Source: Phoronis australis (taxonomy: Eukaryota > Animalia > Phoronida). Taken from it: 64,000 nt of DNA. Positions 23,101-35,100 of the stretch are shown in pieces. Made by a program: the position numbers and the translations under genes. The stretch lies in NCBI GenBank assembly GCA_002633005.1, contig NMRA01000053.1, positions 832,711 to 896,710 of the forward strand. The letters run 5' to 3'. The notes below the pieces were generated by a model. That model worked only from the letters and a program-made list of their open reading frames with translations. It was not told the DNA's origin and made no database searches. The number at the start of each line of letters is the position of its first letter. The stretch's first letter is position 1.

Positions 23101-26100
23101 TACATGTTATCATTTGAAAACATTAATACAAGCAAATGCGCGCCAACCAAACAATGCCGGAATTCCAAAGTGACATGATTATGACTGACAAATCGCGTGT
23201 CGCAACTGTACGTACTCCCAGACAACTGTTAAGCTTAAAATAAAACTATTAACAAGAAGTAACTGAATTACTTAACATTGTGTAAGCGTGTTTTTACAAA
23301 AGTTGCATCATGTGGTTGAAAGTTTTATACACGTCGAGTTTTTTAGCAAAAAAGATCGTTTTTACGGTTCATGTGAGAAAACAAATCCTACACTCGTCTC
23401 AGATTGATGACATGAGCAAAACCTCTTGGATATTTCCAAGAGGTTTTGCCCATGTCATAAATCTCTATATATTTTACAAATGTATAATTTGTTAGATACA
23501 GTGCAGTGGTGTCGGTTTATTATTTTTTAAAGCTTCATTTCACTGCTGTTTAGCAGTCAAAGTTAAATTCTTAAACGTAGCACGTTATAACATTATCATG
23601 CATATCCAATCTTGAATTGTTGCCAAATGAGCCCAGCATTATGATAGGCATATATGCACCAATTTCGAATTCGTAATTTCAGTGTAGGCCAACCCCAATA
23701 GACTACAAAGTGCTTATTTGAGTAGCTGATGTTTTCAATGTCCTTGTTGGTAACATAATAAACAGAACCCTAACACGCACGGTAAGACAAGACCGACTTG
23801 ATGACACTTCTTCTTCTCATTCATCAAATGGTCAAATCTGTTCTGCCGATGAATGCTGCCAAAACGCTTCGTTCAATTTTCATTTTTTAGTGCAATACGG
23901 CTTTAAATGGACTCTTGTTCAAACTCCCAGTAAATTTGTCACTATGGACTCTCTTTCAAACTCCCAGTATATTTGTCACTATGGACTCTCGTTCAAACTC
24001 CCAGTATATTTGTCACTATGGACTCTCGTTCAAACTCCCAGTATATTTGTCACTATGGACTCGCGTTCAAACTCCCGGTACATTTGTCACTGCTCCATAG
24101 AGCAAGACTAGAGCAGAACAGGAGACATTACAAAGACACATAAAGTATACCGAGAGACTGGTCGTCAAGTTAACGGTTACAACATAAGGTTACAAAAAGG
24201 TTACAGCTCCCTCAGGATGCCAGACATACTAAACATACATCATGGTCATGTATTCAACAGGCTTTGCATACGAGGGACTAGTGCCAGACATACTAAACAT
24301 ACATCATGGTCGTGTATTCAACACGCTTTGCATACCAGAGGGACTAGTGCCAACTGTTCCGATGGAACGGGCGAGCCTTAAGCTTTATTTAGGACCATAG
24401 AAAATGTCCAAATTTGGCTAACTTCGGAACATCGTGTCTCAGAAAAGGCAAATGATATTAACATGAAGCTTTCAGATACTGTGCTTTAATATGAACTTTT
24501 CTCTCCAACGCTGTTCGTAATATTGTTTTTAAAAGTTTTTATGCACTTCTGCATGAGGGGCCATCAAATAATAAGACTGTTGTGATTTTGATAAAAAACT
24601 CAAAAAGTTGCATAAAATGAAAAACAAAATGGTAATTTAGAAAACAGTAGCAAAGTATTTTTGGAAATTCATCATGGACATTTATATCAAATGAAAATTT
24701 GTCAGGTTATTGAAAACATTGTTTTGTAATGACTACTTTTTCATTAAAATTATTAAAAATGCGTAGCCACATGACCAAATTACAGGCAGATTGATATAAT
24801 GTCGTAAAATTCTGTGCTATGTAGATATTTGGCTCAATACAGACTTGTTGATAATGTCCTGCATAACTTTGTAAATCTTTAAGACATGATAGTGCAGGAT
24901 TTCGATAGTGTTAAATCATTTTTCAAAGTTTAAATATTAGAATTGTAATAAGTTTGTTGTTTCGGATTGTTTTTAGACATGAGATCATCGTCAAACTTAG
25001 AAAGAGGAAAAGTTCTCAGATTTGTACTGTATGAGCTAAATCATTCATTCATAATCATTACAATTACACAAAACGGCGCATTACTCAAGCTTTTCTCCTC
25101 CATTCAGTAGTCCACTTACCATTTGTTTTTCTTGCGGATGTAATCTTTTTCTGACAAATTCACTAAATAGACCATGGGCTTGGCGGTCAGAAATAAATAT
25201 TCGTTCAGCACTTCAATCTAGAGGACAAAACAATTACTTTAAAATCTAACATTTTTAGTGGCTTACTTCAGAGGGTACAATTGCTCAGGCACCACACCTG
25301 ACCTATTGATACATAATTTTTACATTGAAATCCCAATTCAGCTTCCAGAGCACAAAGCTTCCTCCCACATCAATTCATTTGGTTTGTTTCATGAAAAGTG
25401 ACTAAAGACTTAAGTCAAAACCTTGGTCCTACGTTGCCACTTCGCCATGACTGAATGAAGGTACAACCACGCTATTATAAGCACAACACAACCTAGATAT
25501 AATTTATACAAAATATCTCAGCAACTAGTAGTTATGCGTATATTCTCAGAGACTTCGCTCTATGCTAAAGAGAGATTTTTATCAATTCTCAGAAATAATT
25601 ACGTGGCGCATCAGACCAAACTTCTGGCTTAAATCTAAAGTCACTTTTCACAGGTTTGTTATTTCTATTTTGTGGACTAAAAGTCAATTGCAAGCGTACC
25701 ATGTTATACTTAGGGCTGTTCCAGTAAAATCTGTATGGGAGGGGGGAAGGCACCTTTTTTTGCACCCACCACCCATATTTTTCATTTATTTCTTCAGCCT
25801 ACCACCCGTAATTTTTCATAAGTTTGAAATGCAACCACCCGTAATTTTTTTTTGTTCTTGTGGTTGACTGCACAGGCGCTTGAGTTTATCTGTTCCTCCA
25901 TCACCATTAACGTCATTCATTACTAAGAAAACATATGTTTCTTATATATGGTTATTAGCCATCGAGAAATTCGAGCGCCTGTGGTTGACTGGTGTTATGG
26001 GAATGCTGATGGGGAGATCGGAGGGAGTGAAAAGGTCGGGGCCTTTTTGCAAGTTGCATTTTTGTTTCCGTTTTTGATTCTGTGCGGATTGTTTATAAAA

Positions 26101-29100
26101 TTTACTAATATTACCCACCATCAAACATTTATGGCCCAATGAAACAACAACGACCTGTAAATTTTTATTTTTTTGAAGTACGACGACCAGCCATTTTGAA
26201 TTTAAATCAAACGCAACCACCCATAAATTTTTATTTCAGTTGCCTCCCCCCCCTCCCACACAGATTTTGCTGGAACAGCCCCTATCAATTTCCAATAATT
26301 CAAAGAAAATAACACGTTATAAATGATGCACACATCCTGACCAAACACTGAATGGTTCACAGTTCTAGCCAGCCTTGGTGCTTAGATTCCTAAACGCGAA
26401 ATCAATGAACTACATAAATGTGACCACAAAACAAGATGAAATTATCTTTAGTTTTATCTTGCGGTGGCGATACTATGATGGCAAAAGTTTGCAATAAGTG
26501 CTTTCTATAGATGATGAGCAAAGGTACGTTATGTACTATAAAGCCTGTTAGGTTTGAGAGTCAAGCATTTCTAACACAGCAAGACAACGCATGCATAGCA
26601 GGCACGATACCGCAACTCACTACTTATTTTGCACAAAAATAATTGCCAAAATTATCATTCTTCTATTTCCAAAGGCCGAATAACTAGCTACAAATAGCGG
26701 AAACTTTACCAAATGATGTTTTACGGCACCTACATGGTACAAACTATGCTGGTAATGGACTAAAATTTAAATTTTGTAAATCGTTACCTTACATGAAGAA
26801 ATTTGAATTCACTAGTCGGCCATATTGTGCGCTTAATAAGAAAAGAATTACTGTACTGCAGATACCAGGGGTGTGAAGATACACGAGGGCAGGAAGAAGT
26901 GCCTCACAAAGATTACGAGTCACTGCTGTAGAGCCATGCCTTGTGAAACGGTGGAGAAGGCGAGTCAGAAATGTAAACCACAAAACTGATTACCTACCAG
27001 CTGAGCAACTGAAACAGACCAAGTACTTCCAGACGAACTACAACCAGCAGAGGCAGAGACAGTTACTGTAATAGCCCGGGTACTCCAGGAGACGGACTAT
27101 CTCCAACATTTGCATGTTAGAGGTAGTCCTAAGAAGGATTGAAACTCCTGACGATAACAGGAGGTCAGGTGATGATAGTAGTGGGTGTGTATCATCACTG
27201 TGTTTAAAGGTACATCCTACCTTCACCTCAAGTGAGGGTGGAAGTGGGAGACTCTCGAACTTAACACACATTCAAGTTTTAAGTAAGTTACCTTTGCACG
27301 AGGGGATACTACTTACATCGTTAGCAGTCCAAGTTCCGAAACGTATTTGCCTTTTCTGGTCGATTAAAACTTCTTTAATTTTGACTAAGCTGTCCTAGAA
27401 AAAAAGTAAATGTCACAAGAATACAGATTTCATATAAGGTGTATTAAACATCACATTTCTACCATTTTAGCACAGCAGCTCAAACCTCCTCACCCTCCCA
27501 CTCCCCTCCCACCATTGTGTAAACAGCACTTAATTTTATAGAACTTAAAAAGAGCTGTCGCGGACCAATTGTGACCCCTGAATCTATCGCATGCTCCCCC
27601 ATGTACTGCCATATACTTGTTCGACATATCTACCTGTGCCATTTCTTAGTGATATTACGGTGTTTTGCAGACATGACAACTGAAATATTGTCTGTCTGTG
27701 ATTACAGCATCCTCCACCTATTCATTCAACTCTTTTCAAGACCACTCTGGCTCACGACTGGTGTAAAACACGCAATGGCAGAGACCAGACTACCGCTGAT
27801 GAAATCGCACAAAATTTTTTAACTTTTGTATTTATTTCTTGATTAATTGTATGTAAAGTGAAAAAGAAATACTAAAAATACCAAGCAAAAATTGTTGGTA
27901 ACCAAAATTCAAGCACTTATGGACATGGTGTGAAGGGTTCATGTTTAAGAATACTCGCACACATGGAAAATATATCACTGTGTAAAATCATTGTTTGACA
28001 GGAAGTAAGGATGTCTTCATAACACTTTTAATGAGGCTGTGCATTTTAAATGAAAGGCCACATTAAAATCTTACTATTCATTTACGCTGCTACAAACACT
28101 ACTGTCATAAATAGGATAACGTCCATAGGTACCTGGGTGTGCACGCATCGTGTGTCATGGTTACACGTCACATTTGTTCCGGCTTGATTAGATCCAACCA
28201 AAAAGAGTAGTGAACATCTTATCCAATGATTAATGAGAAATTCCGGCATGCAATGTACTCAATTTGGTAGGCAGGCACGTGCATTATTTTATGTACTGTG
28301 TCTTGGATGAAACTTTAAAAGTTACGAAAATGGCCCATTACAAATGGCCTGTTACTTCCTGTCATGATGGCCGTTCACGCACAGCCATCGTGACAGAAGT
28401 AAAAGGTCATTTTGCCCCATAACCTTTGCCATATTCCGCATCAGAGAAGTTGTCTCCCCTTGACTTACATATTCTCCCTTCCTCTTCTTGTCACCTCCCC
28501 TGACTACAACCTTTTCCATTTTATTCAGTTCATTTGCAAGATGCTCTTCATCCTTCAGTCGTAGTTCCTCGTGAATGATGCCGAGGTCTCTAACAGGGTC
28601 CACATCACCCTCTACGTGAGTGATATCATCGTCTTCGAACACTCCTAACAATTTCGATAAAAACAGTTTCGTGTTGAAATTGTGGGATTAGCAGTTAAAG
28701 CTATTCACATGTGAAATAAAACTGGTGGCCCATATTTTCAAGACTGAGTTACTGCCTGACAGCTCTTGGATATTTCTTCCTTAATTACGCAACGGACCAA
28801 ATCTCAACTGGGAAGAAACTTCTGAAAGGTATTGGGAACAATAACTTGTAAAGACTGTGAAAAATCTCAACGTCTCTCAATTATGTTACCAAAGCTTTAC
28901 CAGAAGGACAGAGGTCAGAAAGCACAGTAAAATAACACTCAAGTTGAGTAAAATGACACAAAAAGATGACCCTGTTTCTTTTGCAGTTGAAAGACATTTT
29001 GTGTGTTATTTCAGAGTGGGAAACCACACAGGACCTTCACTTCTAAAATCTAGTGGTCTATTTACACCAACCTATTCACACTGGCATAAAGCTTTGGTTG

Positions 29101-32100
29101 GTCATTGTTACAAAAACGGGCAAAAATCCTTCATTTGACTACGAAAATCCCTGATTGGTTGAAAAATAACAGAAATTCCAAGAAGAACCAATCAGAGAGT
29201 ACAAAACAATTACTCAGGTTTCATGTAGCGACTGTTGCAATTTTTTTCTAAAATCACTTGAAATGACAAAAACAAAAGCTTAAAAAGCTTCAATTAACAA
29301 ACAATTATACAAAATATATATTGGTGTAGTTTGTCGCAGGCTTAACTTTTTGGAAAACCTCGACAGACTAAAGATGGTGACAGATGGCTGCCTGAACATA
29401 TCATGGAAGCTTATTTCGATCTGTTCGAACACACCTCCGGGAAACACCATTAACTGAAGAAGGGAGTACTGCATACGCTATTACAAATTTTCTTACATCC
29501 CACGAGGTTTGCAATCTCACCACTACGTATAGTGCATGTCAATTGCTGTGTATAGCTGTTCTCGACTCATTCATTTCCTGACCTTGATCGAAGATCAAGC
29601 AGCACGTAATCTATATCCGACATTGACAGGCAGATCTATGAAATTATGTAATGACGTGTGCAGTACATCCCTCCTCACATTTACGGTGTATACCAGAGAT
29701 ATGTGCAACCAGATCAAAATAAAAGCATCCCGGAATAAAAATTGAACTGTTGCCTATCCAAGTGCTTAGGCGGGTTTCATGTTGAGGATCACTTGGTGTA
29801 TAGTATACAACCTGTTTTGAGCATTATGGACACGATAGAAAAATGATTTATGAAGTATTATAAAACAACAAGAATGGATCAACTGCAATTTTCTGATATA
29901 ATAACATCCTTCGTCAACAGAAATAAAGTAAAATCAAACACTATATGACAATTGACATTTAAGATGTGGCTGTGGGTTATATTGTGTATGAATAAAACCC
30001 AAGGTGGTTCGAAGAGAAAAGTTCGTCTGTTCGGTATGATGTATTTAAAAGCTACTGGTGAGATAGTAATAGTGGCGGAATGAATATGACACATTGTTGC
30101 GGAAAAAATTCAATGATTTAAGAAGTTTTTATGTTTAATCCATGAGGTTCTAGTTTATTGATCTTATCTATCCAAAATCATTCTCTTTTGAGTCTGCGAG
30201 GGGTACTGGGGTATTGGAGTTTTTCTATTATTTGTACTGAAAGATCTTGAAGATTATGAAGTATTGGAATTTTTTGCCTACTTACCCACCTACCACAATG
30301 TTAAAAGTAGGGATGGGTTTGAGGAAACAAGACATTTTTAAGACTGGCCATTTTTATGACCAGTTGCAAAATAGTTACGTTTAGAAAAAATATTTGTATA
30401 ATTTTGAAAAATCATCATACTTGACATGTGAAAGATGGCTTCGCAGGCACTGATGTGAGACAGGAAGGCATTGCCGAGACCTTGACCTTCTGAGGCGCCC
30501 TTCACGAGACCAGCAATGTCCACCACATTCAGAAATGCTGGAACTTTGCTGAAAAGGAAAAGACGGGTTCAGTTTCATTGCACAACAATATCAAAATATG
30601 CAGCAGATTTGTTCATATTGGAAATGAATAAATCCATAGACTGCCCTAGAGTTTGCGATACATTTTACACTAATAGTACCACCACGAGCACTTATAAGCA
30701 CACAACAAATATCTCTCTCCAAATGACAGTGGTTTCTAAATCTAGGTGTCAACCTAGTCTACTGAAAGTTTTCAATTTACAGAAAATTCAAACTCCATGA
30801 GAATTTACAAATTTACACTCGGGGGGGGGTGGGTCATCTATCCCTGGATCCATAGTGGGTAATCAAACAATTATCTTCTCTGCCAGGACCACATTAAACC
30901 CTTTGATAAGTTGTGTTTACTTACACATACCAACTGGGATAATTGTATGGCTGTATGGCTTAGAAAAGCGATCACACACAACTGATTTCACTCAGACCTT
31001 CCTGTTAATTTCAAAAGGCCTATTGTGTGACACCCATGATTCTAAGCCACTTTGCAAACTAGTTACACCCCTCAAGACGAAAATGCATGCTAGGGTTTGG
31101 TATGTACAAGAAACTTTAAATAGTAAGTGTTATAACTTACTGAAGAAATGAGTGATCGCTACAGAGTCCAAACTTGTTGATTTTTTTCAAACATGACACA
31201 GGTGAGCCAGACTCATAATGGCAAAATTCAAACTCCACATACAACAATCAACTATCAAAATCTCTTGGTCTACTTATACCGACCTCTAAGGGTCAATTCT
31301 CGTTGTGTTAATGCTTGTATTAATGAGCTTAACAAGCTTGCAATTGAAAGAACCGTCAATATACGCTGGGTCAGGGCTCATGTGGGAATTGATGGCAATG
31401 AGAATGCAGACAGACTCGCAATGATAGGAGCAAGCGTTCTGCATTTTGTGCCTGAACCTGCTATCCCGGTATCTTACGGATGTTGCAGGATGAGTATACG
31501 CAACTGGGTACATACCCAGTCAGCATCCCAGTGGGCATCACTTAACTCCTGCAGAGAGACCAAGGAGAATTTTCCCAACGTGATCGAACCTAAAGGTTCA
31601 AAAAGCCTTCCGAGTCTAGATAGATTGGGTATAAGACACGTCATTCAAATTTTGACGAGCCACTGCAACCTAGCCCGACACAGACACATTACTGGGCATA
31701 TGGGGAGCCCTGTGTGTCCCGAGTGTGGTACTGACGTAGAATCTCCTAAACACCTGGTAGAGTCTTGCCCAGCTTTTTATAGGCTAAGGAGCAACCTACT
31801 GGATGGCATTATTACATGCCTACAACATATAGTGCATGGCAACAAATGGAAACGTCTGTCCGTTTTCCTAAAGGAGACTGGCAGACTTGAAAACTTTCTT
31901 CACGAGGAGCCATAATTGGGGTCTCGTGCCTTTGCTCAGGTGTTTTGTGCAATGGGCCCAACCATGAGGCCTGCGCACGTCTGATGCACCGCAAATGACA
32001 TCAGACCACCTGCACGGTTTTCTTTTTTTATACCGACCTCTTGCCTATTTCATTGTCACGATTTTTCGGTCGGTCTATTCTCCGGCCATCGTCACGACTG

Positions 32101-35100
32101 TTCCTGCGTTCTTAGAAGAACCTTAAGAACTGCTCAAGTACCAGTCTACAAACATTCATTGATTACTGTCTAATCAACTCATCTGTACTGCCGAATCACA
32201 GATTATCTCATACCAATGACAATTAAATGAAGTTAATTCAAACATCATGACTACTGGCTATCATTATGTCTTACCTTGCAGGTTTGTGATAATCACACAA
32301 CCACGACCACCTCTCATCAGGGACAGGAACTCGACCTAAATGTAACATGACAGTCAAGTTAAAAGCAAGGCACATAATTGGAACAGATCTCATTTCTTAT
32401 TTTTTCTATTATAGACTTTATTTATTGAGGATAAATTACAAATATATATAGTAAGTGCCAATACACAGCATGATCCTCAAAAGTTTAATATAAATAAATA
32501 AATTAAATAAGGGCTGTTTCAGTAAAATTGTAAGGAAGGGGGAAGGCCCTTTCATTGCTTACCCACTACCCATATTTTTCTTTTATTTCTCCAACCCACC
32601 ACCCATAATGTTTTTAAATTATGCTTGAATTGTACATGGTAATGTACGTGTTAGGTGTTATTCTCTTTAGATATTTTTGGTCTTCAGTGTTTCGTTAGCC
32701 AATAACGGTCCAGCAGACAGAATCCAAGAGGGTGGTCAAATCGAAACTAAAATTGACTGCTGTCGGCATATCCATTCCTGTCATAAATCCTTGTGCCAAA
32801 TTTCATCCAGTTGCGCCTGGCGGTTTTTCAGATAATCAACCTGTCTTGCCAAAAATTAAAATGGCCAACACGGGGTGCTACAGTAGCCAAATCTGTACGA
32901 AAATCGACTGGTGCTGGCGCATCCCCGCCAAGTACACATATACCAAATTTCATCATGATCCACCAAACAGTTCTTGAGATACATGACAGACGAGAAATGA
33001 TAACGACAGACGGACCGACCAATGGACGGACGAATGGACGGACAAGATGCCAACTATATGCAACCACAATAGTTTTGTGGGTGCAGAAAAATTCCATGTG
33101 ATATCGCAACTCATGTCAGTTACAAGAAACCCGCTTTTCAAAGCCGAACACCAGTCAGCAATACTTTAGGCAGGCACCAGGTGTCTCTGTCCACCAGGTG
33201 TCTCTGTCCACCAGGTGTCTGTAATTCCAGTAAGATTTTTTCAATTTCTTCAATACACGAACTCAATCTCCAATTGTTTCCATAAATGCTTTTAGGCTGC
33301 TCTGCCAAGTGAATAGTGGAACTTGTCTATCTTACTCATCATTCTTTTTATTAAAAATTCATCAAAATCTCTTAGACATATAAACATCAGTTTAGTGTTG
33401 CAGTTATTTTCATTCTCATATGGATGTACATGTGCCTGCAATCAAGTTGCCCATGACTTGAGCAATGGCACTGTGTTCATATTGCTCACTGTACACCAGC
33501 AAAATGGGATTGTTTCTTTTTTAAATAATTTTTAGTATCTGCCAAGTCAAATTTAGAAGTTTTTTCAGATGGTATTGGGGTCTGTGCTAGGCTGAAAGTA
33601 CCCACCTGACAACATTTACCCAATAAAAAACACCACCTACTTTCAATGAGTTACTTCTTTCAACAAGGACCGCCCATAATTTAAATTACCTTCAGAAGAC
33701 AACCACCCATAATCTTTTATTTCAACTGCTGCCCCCCCCCCATACGGATTTTGCTGGAACAGCCCTACATAAATAAAATAAATTAACGAGAGCGCTCGGA
33801 GGAGCGACACTTGGCGGAACTAATCGAAAAGACGACGATGAGGGAGACGACGACAATCAAGACGATCACGGCGGCAATTACGAATAAGACGATAACACGA
33901 TAACATTCATGTGACTAGCAAAAAATCAAATAGAGAGCATACAATCAACTACAATAAAGAACAATAGATGGCGCCACATGACAGTCCAGTCTACAGTAGA
34001 ACAGTGCTGGCTGGGTCAGTCTGGGTCAACTAGGCATCATCAAAACAAAGTGAACTGAAAGCCAGCCAGCTGCGTGTGATCGAAGAAACAACGGTATTCG
34101 AAAATGTCGAATAATTCAAAAAGTAGACGTCGTAGCGCAAAATGAAAATTATCATCTGAAAGCCCGTTCAAAACTCTATCTAAAGTGGTAGTTTGTCAAA
34201 CACGATAACATTCATGTGACTAGCAAAAAATCAAATAGAGAGNNNNNNNNNNNNNNNNNNNNNNNNNNNNNNNNNNNNNNNNNNNNNNNNNNNNNNNNNN
34301 NNNNNNNNNNNNNNNNNNNNNNNNNNNNNNNNNNNNNNNNNNNNNNNNNNNNNNNNNNNNNNNNNNNNNNNNNNNNNNNNNNNNNNNNNNNNNNNNNNNN
34401 NNNNNNNNNNNNNNNNNNNNNNNNNNNNNNNNNNNNNNNNNNNNNNNNNNNNNNNNNNNNNNNNNNNNNNNNNNNNNNNNNNNNNNNNNNNNNNNNNNNN
34501 NNNNNNNNNNNNNNNNNNNNNNNNNNNNNNNNNNNNNNNNNNNNNNNNNNNNNNNNNNNNNNNNNNNNNNNNNNNNNNNNNNNNNNNNNNNNNNNNNNNN
34601 NNNNNNNNNNNNNNNNNNNNNNNNNNNNNNNNNNNNNNNNNNNNNNNNNNNNNNNNNNNNNNNNNNNNNNNNNNNNNNNNNNNNNNNNNNNNNNNTTGCC
34701 CATACAGATTTTACTGGAACAGCCCTGAGGAAACTGTACCTTTTCCCTAACTTTAATGTATTGCCCATACAGATTTTACTGGAACAGCCCTGAGGAAACT
34801 GTACCTTTTCCCTAACTTTAATGTATTGCCCATACAGATTTTACTGGAACAGCCCTGAGGAAACTGTACCTTTTCCCTAACTTTAATGTATTGCCCATAC
34901 AGATTTTACTGGAACAGCCCTGAGGAAACTGTACCTTTTCCCTAACTTTAATGTATTGCCCATACAGATTTTACTGGAACAGCCCTGAGGAAACTGTACC
35001 TTTTCCCTAACTTTAATGTATTGCCCATACAGATTTTACTGGAACAGCCCTGAGGAAACTGTACCTTTTCCCTAACTTTAATGTATTGCCCATACAGATT

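Noticed and set aside
31193-31915. Stand-alone RNase H gene
   Set aside because: The first ~32 codons lie outside the TSD-bounded insertion and the domain is N-terminally truncated; it is a LINE fragment.
33895-34242. 42-bp exact direct repeat ending at the gap
   Set aside because: Abuts the N run; probably an unresolved repeat or contig-end artefact.
34720-34740. Hammerhead ribozyme core suggested by CTGAGGAAAC in the 65-bp unit
   Set aside because: There is no stem II between CUGANGA and GAAA and no supporting helices; the motif is a TIR/flank junction.
34212-34768. Long ORFs across the first gap (and 42612-43472 across the second)
   Set aside because: Artefacts of translating N runs.
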